64,000 nt of DNA, taken from positions 3 through 64,002 of IMG/VR virus record IMGVR_UViG_3300027858_000005; one strand, written 5' to 3'. Below, one piece after another: positions 46,455 to 55,410 of this stretch. Source of the stretch: a virus. The position numbers and the translations under genes were made by a program. Every line of letters begins with the position of its first letter. Within the stretch, counting starts at the first letter, position 1. The notes under the pieces are model-generated. The model was not told the origin of the DNA and did not search any database. It saw only the letters and a program-made list of their open reading frames with translations.

Positions 46455-47555
46455 TCACCTTGAATGAATCAAGCGTTGACCGTCGATCAAAGCACAATTT
46501 CGCATGTCGGCGTTTTTGCTATCAATATCGATTACGCCAGAATGCAATAACAAACAACCAAAAAAGTTCGCTTCTTGTAGAGTGCCGTCGGTTGCTTTAA
46601 TAAACCATCTGGGACCGTCTTCCGCTGCGGTTACAACCCAACCCAAAGCACCAACTTCGCCCGCCAACTGCCCCGCCTGAAACAATTGTACATTTGCGTT
46701 GTCTGCAACTATCGTAAACCCGTAAAAACCATCAGCCACAAGTTGACTTTCCCACGCGATGATTCTTGTCAAATCGGAAAATTTATGGTTGCCGGGGTCA
46801 GGGGAAACCGGGATCAGCCCGTTAGAACTTCCGAATTGAATCGGGGCATTAATTTTTATTACACCGTCACTTTGCGATATCATACCCCATGCTTTAGCAG
46901 GGTCGGAATTGTCGCCAGCTTCTACAATATCCAGCCAATTGTAAGGAACTTCTGGGGAACTGCCCGCGTTACCTTCGACAATGATTCCCGGCTCACCTGC
47001 CGGTAGCCGCCACATTGCATCGACAAAATGATTGTCAGCGCCGCCCGGTGCAGAAGATAACACGTCGAACACAATCAAGATTCTGCGAATTGCCGTCGTT
47101 GCTGGCGGGGTTCCGTTTGTTGCGCCATCGGTCGAAGGTGATGCTTCAACAGCAAGTTCGCGGGCTTTATCAATATCGACCACCGACATTTTAAAACCGC
47201 CGCCGTATGTGTCCGACCCGTCAATATTAACTTCGAACCAGTCAGTAACCGTCGCACCTGTAAAACGCATCGTGACCCCGGCAGCGGCTTTCGTTCCCAG
47301 CTTGCCCGCCACGTCAGAACGCCACCAGACATAAAAAACATTCCCCGACCAGTCCCGGTCGGCGTCTTCACGCCACCCGATTCCACCGCGCGAGCTAGAA
47401 AGGCGGTCAGCAGCAGACGAAACACCTTCAATAAACGTGTCAGTATCTAGTGCTATCGCCATCGTGCTGTCGGCGTCGTCAATCCAGTCGCCACCGCTGC
47501 CCGGGGCCAGTGATTCCGCGTCAGCGATTAATATTCTGTTATCAATTATCGGCAT
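46455..47555 (-). CDS. Putative virion protein
   Basis: Acidic beta-rich 366-aa ORF in the structural operon. Confidence 0.6.
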   Translation of the reverse strand: MPIIDNRILIADAESLAPGSGGDWIDDADSTMAIALDTDTFIEGVSSAADRLSSSRGGIGWREDADRDWSGNVFYVWWRSDVAGKLGTKAAAGVTMRFTGATVTDWFEVNIDGSDTYGGGFKMSVVDIDKARELAVEASPSTDGATNGTPPATTAIRRILIVFDVLSSAPGGADNHFVDAMWRLPAGEPGIIVEGNAGSSPEVPYNWLDIVEAGDNSDPAKAWGMISQSDGVIKINAPIQFGSSNGLIPVSPDPGNHKFSDLTRIIAWESQLVADGFYGFTIVADNANVQLFQAGQLAGEVGALGWVVTAAEDGPRWFIKATDGTLQEANFFGCLLLHSGVIDIDSKNADMRNCALIDGQRLIHSR

Positions 47556-47988
47556 GGTCGCCCCTATCCGCCAGCACTATTGCAGCGGCTTGATCAGCCC
47601 ATAAACTGTTCGGTGAAATCGTCAACCAATCCCCCTTCAAATCTGTTTCTTGTTCATGCCAAGCATACGGCATTCCGCAAGCATTACCACCAAAGCAATA
47701 AAGAACATCTGTTGGGTGAACGAAGTCTGAAAGAAACGTTGCAGTTCTGTTAAGCGGAATATCTTTTTCGACGAACACGAACGATTTGTCAGACGGGATT
47801 TCGGCAAAATCGTCAACGATAGTGTGCGGGGTTTGAAGGCTGATTGAATCCCACGCAAGGTTTTGCGCTTTGTTGATCAAATAACAATGCTCCACGCCGA
47901 AAGCGGCGCAAAGCGTTTGCCATCTGTCAAAAGTTACTTCGACCGGGTCAAGTGACCTTCTTTCGACGTAAAAGCATATTTCAAGCAC
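47542..47988 (-). CDS. SPOUT-like RNA methyltransferase
   Basis: FVHPTDVLYCFGGNACG and LTISPNSLWADQAAAIVLADR resemble SPOUT knot motifs. Confidence 0.55.
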   Translation of the reverse strand: MLEICFYVERRSLDPVEVTFDRWQTLCAAFGVEHCYLINKAQNLAWDSISLQTPHTIVDDFAEIPSDKSFVFVEKDIPLNRTATFLSDFVHPTDVLYCFGGNACGMPYAWHEQETDLKGDWLTISPNSLWADQAAAIVLADRGDHADN

Positions 47989-48000
47989 ATCACCCCACCA

Positions 48001-50241
48001 TTACGGATTGTTGAAGTTTCTTTCAAGCGGCGCAACAAGCGTGAAATCGTTGGTCGTTGACCGTTGTATTGTACCAGTAGTTTCAACAAACTGCGCAAGG
48101 TCCGTTCCGATTGCCCGAACTGCGACCGCTGCGTCAGTAGCGGGTGTTCTTCCGCCCTGATCGTTGCCGTCGTAATCGTAGTCATAAGACACACTTGAAC
48201 CCGGCACAAGCCCGGTGATCGGTTGCGGGCTATGTGTGCTGTCCGAATTAACGATGATCGAATCAGGGCTGTCAATCGGGTTTTCGTCAACGCTACCAGA
48301 AACCGGGCCTTCGTCGGTCAGTGTTAGCGTGCTGTCGTATGCCTGAACATCGATATCAGAACTTGAATTGAAAGCGATGACCAAGAAGACGCCGTTGTTG
48401 TTCGGGTCAGTGAACCCGTTCAGGTTGATGTATTCGCCCGCTACAACGGTCGGGAATTGCGCGGTACAAGTGATGTTCGCGTCACTGCCGACAATCGTTC
48501 CAATTGACAAATCGGTAATGACCGTTCGCGTGGTGTACCGATAGAACATTGAATACGTTGCGGGTCCAGTGTCGTTCTGCAAGTTTTCATTGAAGAAAAT
48601 GTTGCCCGCTGCCACGAACGGAAACGTTCTGGTAAGACCGTCGTTATCAATAAACGAAATCCTGTTGGTATCCGCCGCATTGAAGTTGATGATCGTAACA
48701 CCCGTGCCGCCGCCGCTTGGATTGGTCGCAGCGAGTGTACCAAGCGAATCACCAACGAAGGCAAGTAATTCATCTGCCGTTTTGCCGGTAACAACGTCGT
48801 TACCCGGGGACAAAATATTGTCGTTGATGTTGGCCGCTTGCCGCAATGAAAATTGGACGTATTCGTAAACGAATTCGAGTGACAGCCCTTTTGCATCGAT
48901 CACGATTCCGAACGCTGCGTCAGTTTGTGGTGACTGGGTGCTTGCGCCGTCAGCGTTAAAGCCGCTGATGACCTGCGCCGTACCAAAGTATTCAATGGTG
49001 ACTGTTGGCGACCTTGTGGAAACTGTTGCGTCTGCATTAAGAACCTTCAGGTCGGCAGAATTCGCCAACGGGAATCGATACACCTGATTCGTCAATACGG
49101 TTACACCGATATCGGCGAGGGCAGCTTGCGCATAGGTCTTGCCGGAATCCGGGTCAAGTGCCGTGGTGAAACCTTCACGCAGGAACAGGGTTAGCAGGTT
49201 TCTGTTATCGACTGCAACGTCAGCGGTGCGTTCGTTCGGCGAGGTTGTCGCGGTGAATGACGCGGCGGTTACAGTAACGACGCCAGCGGTTACCGCAAGA
49301 ACGTCGAAGGTGCCGTCGTTCACCGGGCTGGTGCCGCTGCAATTCTCGACGGTGATTTGACCGCCAACTTGAACGCCGTCAGTGATCCAGCTTCCACCGT
49401 CGTTCCGCGTGATGCTGTCGGTTCCGAAATCGAGTCCCAGACCAGCGCCGCCGCCGTTATTCACGACGCGGTTGTAAACCAAGACAGATTCGTTGACCGG
49501 GCCGTCGAAATCGAAGTCGATTGCAGCGCCCGTGTCGGTCGGGTCGTTGCCCTGCTGGTAGTACGCCCGGTCGGTTGCTTCAACAAACGGTCCCAGCGTA
49601 ATAGCGCAAATGTACTGTTTGATCAATTCGCCGTCAGTGTCCAGTTCAGACCAGCCGCCAGTTCTAATCAGTTTTCGTGTGCGGAACGTTGCCGGGGAAG
49701 CGTTGGTGTCGTCCGCCGGATTCCAGTTTTCGGAAAATTCGTACTGTTCTGGGGTGATCGCAACCATCGGGAAGACAAACGGAATCAACGTGTCGTCGTC
49801 TTTCCATTCTTCTTTCAGGAACGAATAAAGTGCCTGTTCGGTGACGCCGTCGGCGTCAACACGCCCCTGTTCCAGCAGGTATATGTCACGATCACCCGTG
49901 GCGATGTGAACTGACTTCTGGTTGTCTGATTCTGGCGAACTGGCAGAATTGCCAAGCCACGTTATTGATTCAGACCCGGCGGTGACCGGGTTGTTGCCTG
50001 AAATCTTCTTCGCGGTGACTGAACTTGTCGTTGGTGACCCGCCGACTTCTTGGTATAAGCCGTTGTTGCGTCCGTCACTGTGGTCGCGGATTTCGAAGAA
50101 TTCCCCGGCTATGATTACCGGAAGTGTTGCCGCTGAAGTGATGACTGCTTCGTCAAGTGGTGAACCAACGGTGAAGGTAACTGCGGCGGGGGCTGTAATC
50201 GCGCCTTGCGAAAGATCGTCTGGATCAGTGCGAAGTGTCAT
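48001..50241 (-). CDS. Large putative virion protein (746 aa)
   Basis: GVTEQALYSFLKEEW, IRTGGWSE, C-terminal ERNFNNP; 11 SP motifs; ATG at 50241. Confidence 0.7.
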   Translation of the reverse strand: MTLRTDPDDLSQGAITAPAAVTFTVGSPLDEAVITSAATLPVIIAGEFFEIRDHSDGRNNGLYQEVGGSPTTSSVTAKKISGNNPVTAGSESITWLGNSASSPESDNQKSVHIATGDRDIYLLEQGRVDADGVTEQALYSFLKEEWKDDDTLIPFVFPMVAITPEQYEFSENWNPADDTNASPATFRTRKLIRTGGWSELDTDGELIKQYICAITLGPFVEATDRAYYQQGNDPTDTGAAIDFDFDGPVNESVLVYNRVVNNGGGAGLGLDFGTDSITRNDGGSWITDGVQVGGQITVENCSGTSPVNDGTFDVLAVTAGVVTVTAASFTATTSPNERTADVAVDNRNLLTLFLREGFTTALDPDSGKTYAQAALADIGVTVLTNQVYRFPLANSADLKVLNADATVSTRSPTVTIEYFGTAQVISGFNADGASTQSPQTDAAFGIVIDAKGLSLEFVYEYVQFSLRQAANINDNILSPGNDVVTGKTADELLAFVGDSLGTLAATNPSGGGTGVTIINFNAADTNRISFIDNDGLTRTFPFVAAGNIFFNENLQNDTGPATYSMFYRYTTRTVITDLSIGTIVGSDANITCTAQFPTVVAGEYINLNGFTDPNNNGVFLVIAFNSSSDIDVQAYDSTLTLTDEGPVSGSVDENPIDSPDSIIVNSDSTHSPQPITGLVPGSSVSYDYDYDGNDQGGRTPATDAAVAVRAIGTDLAQFVETTGTIQRSTTNDFTLVAPLERNFNNP

Positions 50242-50651
50242 GGGTCTGAATCTCCAAAGCTGCAAAATTCGCGCAATACGCGCGGGGAATGAATTTTAAC
50301 CCCTTCAAGGCTTCCCGCAGCAAGGGTTCAGTTCCGACAATTGTAGCTGATTGCAGGAACTTTGTGCAACCCATAGGAACCGAATCGAACAAAAACAAAC
50401 AACCGACATTTTCCATCGGTTCTTCGTTGTCGAGATAGAATAGCGCGTTTCGCGGTGCTTGTGGTAGCGAAAACGTAGGAATTCCAGTGAAAATCTTAGA
50501 TTCAACCCGGCTTTTCCGGGTATCGTAACAGTGAACAGGTCGCCCCAGACTAGCGATAACCCCTATCGGTTTCGTGTGATTCAGTATTCCTGCAACGACC
50601 GTGTTTCCGAACTTGTAGTTCGAGCCCCGACAAACTTCGTATATCAGGCTG
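50225..50651 (-). other. Start-less open frame or structured spacer
   Basis: About 140 stop-free codons in the +1 frame of the upstream gene; also several hairpins. Confidence 0.35.
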
Positions 50652-51116
50652 TTAAGGCTGGGTAACTTCTTCCCCTGCGTCATTGCCCGCTTCAGGTTGC
50701 GCGTCGTCAGCAACTTCGGGGTCGCCTTCCGCAACTGCATCGGCTTCTTCTTCTGTAACATCGGGGTCGGCTTGCTCCGCATCGGCATTTGCATCGGCTG
50801 TTGTTCCTTCTGGTGGCGTTTCTGGTTCTGGGTCAACTGGTGCCGCATCTTCGTCAACCCAATTGCCAGCAGTATCGAAGAAATGAATTTCAGTTTCCGG
50901 GGCCGCTTTTCGGTATGTTGCGGCGATTAATTCCGCCCGGGCAGAATCGTTTTGAATGGCGACGGATGCGCAGTTGCGTAAATTGCCGACGCCTTTGAAG
51001 CGAACGGCGGTTGTCAAGTTCGCCAAATGACCTTCATTTCGAATCCTGTTGGCGATATCTTTCGCGGCGGCTTCGCTGCCGGGGGAATAGTAAATTATGG
51101 CGAGTTGTTTTGACAT
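50652..51116 (-). CDS. Head-associated protein with acidic tail
   Basis: Immediately after the capsid gene; GGAGA RBS. Confidence 0.75.
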   Translation of the reverse strand: MSKQLAIIYYSPGSEAAAKDIANRIRNEGHLANLTTAVRFKGVGNLRNCASVAIQNDSARAELIAATYRKAAPETEIHFFDTAGNWVDEDAAPVDPEPETPPEGTTADANADAEQADPDVTEEEADAVAEGDPEVADDAQPEAGNDAGEEVTQP

Positions 51117-51136
51117 GGTGGCGTTCTCCGCTAGTT

Positions 51137-51167
51137 AAAAATGGGGGCTCCCCTGACAGAAGCCCCC
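51137..51167 (-). terminator. Terminator after the major capsid gene
   Basis: GGGGGCT/AGCCCCC stem plus U tract. Confidence 0.75.
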
Positions 51168-51184
51168 GGAACTACCCTGACAAT

Positions 51185-52219
51185 TTAGAGTTGTGAACGG
51201 ATGACCACACCCGGCAAGTCTTTGTTGTCGTCCATCACTGAATCCCAGTTGGAACTGGTGCCCAGTGCGGCTTCGTCGGGGTTAACCCCGCCGTTTGCGA
51301 CATCCCACTTGATACCTTTCAGACCCATGTTGTAGGCAAATTCACCTTGCAAACGGGTTACCAGATTTTCTTGCCCGGTAATGACTTCGGTATGAAGCAT
51401 GTCTTCTTCGCTGTCTTCGGCGACACAACTATTTTCAACCAGACCCAAAGTCGCGTACTGGGTAGGTGAAACACTGTCGTCGATCAGTGCAGCCGAATCG
51501 GTAATCAGAACCGGACGGTTCAGGGTGACCGGCGTCGCTGTGGCAACGTTGAAGTTTGAAACACCGTCAATGTTATCGGTGATCTGTGAAGATACCAACT
51601 CGTAATACGGCTTCGAGTGCATGACCCAGATTTTGACCCGGCTGGCGGCGTCGCCAAACAGTGCCAGACCGTTGACAAGGTCGAGCGTGTCAAGACCGGC
51701 TTGCGGACTTGCACCGCCAGCGTCGCCGTCATACACAAGACCAGCTTGTGCAGTGATCCCGGCAACTAACGATGTAACGCAGGCGTCAAGCATTTCGACT
51801 TGCATTGCTTTCGCGATTTGCTCACCGAGCAAGAACGAAAGAACTTCAAGATCAGCCGAAGCGCCCAGCTTGCGGAATGAATCGAGAGTTTGATCGATAG
51901 GCCCGATACGACGATTCAGCTTCACGCTGATGAATTCTTCGATAGGGACGGCGCTTGATGCTACTGCCGGATTTGCGGGGGACACGTTAACTTCCCGGCG
52001 CTGGATGATATTTGCAACGTTCTTGAAGAACGATTCTTGTGCGAAGTCACCTTTCTGACGATTGGTAACCATGCGGATTGCATTCAGCGATTGCGCGTTA
52101 AACGCATTCGATACCTGAACGAGAGTTTCAGACATGCCCGAATGGACAAGTTCTGGGTAGATAATTCCTTCTGGTAATCTACCAACACCAGCGAACGATT
52201 CGCGAGTACCTTCTGTCAT
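51185..52219 (-). CDS. Major capsid protein
   Basis: 344 aa after the scaffold; FNAQSLNAI, VMHSKPY, GIKWD..NGG.NP. Confidence 0.92.
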   Translation of the reverse strand: MTEGTRESFAGVGRLPEGIIYPELVHSGMSETLVQVSNAFNAQSLNAIRMVTNRQKGDFAQESFFKNVANIIQRREVNVSPANPAVASSAVPIEEFISVKLNRRIGPIDQTLDSFRKLGASADLEVLSFLLGEQIAKAMQVEMLDACVTSLVAGITAQAGLVYDGDAGGASPQAGLDTLDLVNGLALFGDAASRVKIWVMHSKPYYELVSSQITDNIDGVSNFNVATATPVTLNRPVLITDSAALIDDSVSPTQYATLGLVENSCVAEDSEEDMLHTEVITGQENLVTRLQGEFAYNMGLKGIKWDVANGGVNPDEAALGTSSNWDSVMDDNKDLPGVVIRSQL

Positions 52220-52262
52220 GATTTTTACCTGCTAGTTAACGAGATTAATAAAACTCAAGCGG

Positions 52263-53069
52263 TCAAGCGGGCAAATTCTGAAAAGTTTCATCGTCATGTT
52301 CACGTATGAACACGACCTTTTCCTTCGCCGTCATGTTGCTTCGCTTAAGATCAGAAGGGATCACCCCTTTTTTGCCAGATTGTTCGCTGCCGGGTCCGCC
52401 GGGTGGAGTCCCACCGCCCGATTTAACATCCGCGTCAAACGCCTTGGCGAAAGTTGGTTGGTCACGCATCTCGCTAACCAGTTCATCAACGGTAATGAAC
52501 TTACCATCGCCGTTCACCCGTGGGTTCCCGGCGTCGTCGATGACTTGATTTGAAAATCTACCGTTGTCATCTTCGACCATAATTACATGCTTCTTCACAT
52601 GTGGAAGCAACAATTCACTGTTGCCCTTTAGCTTATTCAACGCCGAATTCACTTCCGCGTCAACAGTTTTTTCACGAAGCGCCCCCATTAGTTTTTCTTC
52701 GCGCTTGATATGCTTGTCTAATTCTTTTTGCTGTTTCTCGTTTTGCTGGGCTGCAAGCGTTTCCCATTGACCCTTCTTTTCAAGGTCCGCGTTCTTGGCG
52801 TCTTCTTCCGCCTGAACCAGTCTGGCGAATTCTTCCGGCTCGATGTCACCGTACTTTTCGCGCAGTTCTCGCAACTCCCGGGAAGCGGCTTTATTGTTGT
52901 CGCGTTCCTTACCGAGTGCTGATTTCAAACCCGACACATCTTCGATTTCGGTGTTCGACGTGTAATTCGATAAAATCTTCAGGCGGTAAGAACCGTCGTC
53001 GAGTTTTGTATAATTATCGTGTAGTGATTCTTCCAGCCCGTCAAGGTTGGTTAGAGTGGCTTCAAGCAT
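52263..53069 (-). CDS. Capsid scaffolding protein
   Basis: EDVSGLKSALGKER, coiled coil, KSGGG, acidic; ATG at 53069. Confidence 0.88.
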   Translation of the reverse strand: MLEATLTNLDGLEESLHDNYTKLDDGSYRLKILSNYTSNTEIEDVSGLKSALGKERDNNKAASRELRELREKYGDIEPEEFARLVQAEEDAKNADLEKKGQWETLAAQQNEKQQKELDKHIKREEKLMGALREKTVDAEVNSALNKLKGNSELLLPHVKKHVIMVEDDNGRFSNQVIDDAGNPRVNGDGKFITVDELVSEMRDQPTFAKAFDADVKSGGGTPPGGPGSEQSGKKGVIPSDLKRSNMTAKEKVVFIREHDDETFQNLPA

Positions 53070-53163
53070 TTGTTGGCTTCCCGCTATTATTAACGCAGAA
53101 TTGATTATATTCCTGAATGAGAACAAAAGGCAAACTTTTATGTGAAAATAATTACAAAAACCC

Positions 53164-53191
53164 TTGCGTTCTGCTAATGTGGTGCTATAAT
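53164..53191 (+). promoter_or_regulatory. Repeated early promoter P12 (inside the head module, opposite strand)
   Basis: TTGCGT-N16-TATAAT-TATAACAC. Confidence 0.8.
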
Positions 53192-53228
53192 TATAACACT
53201 TAGAAAGCAAACAGAAAGGAAAAACGAA

Positions 53229-53492
53229 ATGCATACAGAAACAATTTTACGTTACCGAGTAGTTAAACTTGAAGATCGCGGCCCGGAAGTTCGTAAGGCA
53301 CTTGAAGAACGCGGAATCGACCCGGACAACAACTGGAAGCTGATTTGGTCTTTTGACAACGAAGCCGATGCCATCGAACAAATGAACGATGAAATCGAAG
53401 ACGATAAAGAATACGGTCTTGATAAATACACCACTTACAAGATCATCGACAACGGCAAAACCGAACAACGTAAAGTAGAAAGCTGGTTCTAG
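53229..53492 (+). CDS. Small acidic early protein
   Basis: AGAAAGGA RBS after P12. Confidence 0.75.
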   Translation: MHTETILRYRVVKLEDRGPEVRKALEERGIDPDNNWKLIWSFDNEADAIEQMNDEIEDDKEYGLDKYTTYKIIDNGKTEQRKVESWF

Positions 53493-53536
53493 TTAAACGC
53501 CCGGGGCAACCCGGGCAAACAGAAAGGAAAAATGAA

Positions 53537-53842
53537 ATGAAAGTAACAAACGTAAATTATGGTAAAAGCCCGCTTTTCGAAGTGATGACTGAAGACGGTC
53601 CCGGCGATGGTTACAATTTGTTTGTCGTCGCACAAGGTCCGAACGGTTCAGTGTTTACTCACGAAATGCGTTTTGAATATTACGAAACTGAACGCGCCGA
53701 AGCTTTTGCGAAGCGTGTCGAAGCTAAAGGTGAAGTTGATTTAGCGTATTGGTCAGAAGGCACACCGTGGGATTGTTACGCGACGCCCCAGACTTACGAA
53801 GAAGAACGCGCCGAAGCATTGTTCAACGAAGGATATTATTAA
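53537..53842 (+). CDS. Small acidic early protein
   Basis: Hairpin plus AGAAAGGA RBS. Confidence 0.75.
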   Translation: MKVTNVNYGKSPLFEVMTEDGPGDGYNLFVVAQGPNGSVFTHEMRFEYYETERAEAFAKRVEAKGEVDLAYWSEGTPWDCYATPQTYEEERAEALFNEGYY

Positions 53843-53879
53843 ACACTAACTACGCCCCTTCGGGGCAGGAGAAAGGAAA

Positions 53880-54155
53880 ATGGCAATACGAAACAAATAC
53901 TACGAAGTGACCGTCAACGGTCGCGGAAAATTCCCGCTGGACATGTTGCGCTATTCTCGCGCGTTCCCAGTTACCGAAGCGGATGCGGCAACAATGGAAT
54001 TCGACAGCAACAACCGCGAAGACTACCGCCGCCGCCGAACTGTTCGCATCGGCTTACACGCTGGAAACTACCTGACCGCGTTCAACTGCTGTCGCCGTTT
54101 CGAGTCCTTCGGCTGGAAAGCTGAAGTCACTTTCGAAGAACGTGTTGCTGGCTAA
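53880..54155 (+). CDS. Small early protein
   Basis: GRGKFPLDMLRYSRAFP motif; hairpin plus RBS. Confidence 0.75.
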   Translation: MAIRNKYYEVTVNGRGKFPLDMLRYSRAFPVTEADAATMEFDSNNREDYRRRRTVRIGLHAGNYLTAFNCCRRFESFGWKAEVTFEERVAG

Positions 54156-54619
54156 AGTCGAAACAGCCCATAAGACCAGACGCGCGTTTTTTCAAAGCCG
54201 CGCTTGGTTTTATGGTGCAATATTTCGGTAGGTTCGAGCCCGGGCAAACCGTCGATGTCGCAGTACGTCGCAAAAAGCCACGGGATTCCGCTACGCTTGA
54301 AATTATTGATCGCGGCTTCTACCGCCCCGGGTGCATACAGATGATTCAAAACATAGATGCACTGAATCATATCGAACACCGCTGGCACGATTTCCCGGGT
54401 ACAATCAAACTCGATGATCATGCGTTCGCGCGGGTGCGCGTCGAATCCCTGCACTGCGACCGTGTCGAGCCATTTAATTTCGTTCATCCAGTTTTGATCG
54501 CCGCAACCCACATCAGCGATTGATTGAATCTTGTAGGAATGCACAAGCTTTGGTAATTCTTGCCGGATCAGTTCAGTTTCAGCAATCCGAGCACCCTTGC
54601 CGCAAGGTGTTTCAGGCAT
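54152..54619 (-). CDS. Class I SAM-dependent methyltransferase
   Basis: CGKGA...IRQEL..L...KIQSIADVGCGDQNWM; start uncertain (54619 used). Confidence 0.8.
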   Translation of the reverse strand: MPETPCGKGARIAETELIRQELPKLVHSYKIQSIADVGCGDQNWMNEIKWLDTVAVQGFDAHPRERMIIEFDCTREIVPAVFDMIQCIYVLNHLYAPGAVEAAINNFKRSGIPWLFATYCDIDGLPGLEPTEILHHKTKRGFEKTRVWSYGLFRL

Positions 54620-54645
54620 TCCGCTGTGCCAGTAATTCGGATAAT

Positions 54646-55410
54646 TCACAGTGCTTCCAGTTGGTCGAGTGTTAACGGGTTGCCACGAAAATCGACCAAT
54701 TGTGACAAGGTGATTTTCCCTGACCGCCATAGTCGAGCGCGCCCGGGTCCGAGCAGGTTATCTTGAAAGGTTTTCGATTTGCGCTTCAAAAATCCGTCGA
54801 ACGTGATGTCGCCGGGTACTTGCCCGTCCATGCTAGCGCGTGCAGCAAGCGGAACTTCTGTGCCGTCGATGCCCAGTTCTTCTAGTGATTTCATGACAGG
54901 AACCAAACGGCTTCGGCAATTGAAATGTCGGGGCGGTCCGCCATTAAACGGAAGCGTGCTGGGGTCGACGGGTTCCAGTGTGTTGACGTCCCAGACCTGC
55001 CCAGAATACGCGATGCAAATGTCGCTGGTGCGGCTGTCCAATGTGCTTATCTGCTGAATCGCCTTAACCACGTCGTTCATTTCTTGGAACGATTGCAGGG
55101 CGGCTTTGTTGACCACTTCAGCCATTGCGGTTCTTACCAAAGCTTCAGCGTTCCGGCGAGAAGTCGACATAACCCCGGGAACTTCAACCCCAGCGACCAC
55201 GCCGCCAGTAATCCGGGTCGTTGCCTGTATTGTCGATTCCCCGGCTTCAAGCGATAGCCGTACCTGATCCATTACCGCTTGTTGTGTCTGCCGGGAATTG
55301 CGGCGCGTCCATTCCAGCAGGGTTGCCCCTTCAATGACGATTCCTGAAGCAATGGAAGCCGTTACAAACGCTGGCAATTCTTCCGTATTAAATTCAATAA
55401 CTTCGGTCAA
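54646..55410 (-). CDS. Minor head protein (SPP1 gp7 / Mu F-like), C-terminal part
   Basis: ALVRTA, STLDSRTSDIC, PPRHFNCRSRLVP, QDNLLGPGRARLW. Confidence 0.88.
   Translation of the reverse strand: MTEVIEFNTEELPAFVTASIASGIVIEGATLLEWTRRNSRQTQQAVMDQVRLSLEAGESTIQATTRITGGVVAGVEVPGVMSTSRRNAEALVRTAMAEVVNKAALQSFQEMNDVVKAIQQISTLDSRTSDICIAYSGQVWDVNTLEPVDPSTLPFNGGPPRHFNCRSRLVPVMKSLEELGIDGTEVPLAARASMDGQVPGDITFDGFLKRKSKTFQDNLLGPGRARLWRSGKITLSQLVDFRGNPLTLDQLEAL

Noticed and set aside
50280-50650. tmRNA or RNase P RNA
   Set aside because: GGGGCT and GGAAAAGCCGGG resemble them only superficially; there is no TTCGA T arm or CCA end, no pairing ends and no complete P4
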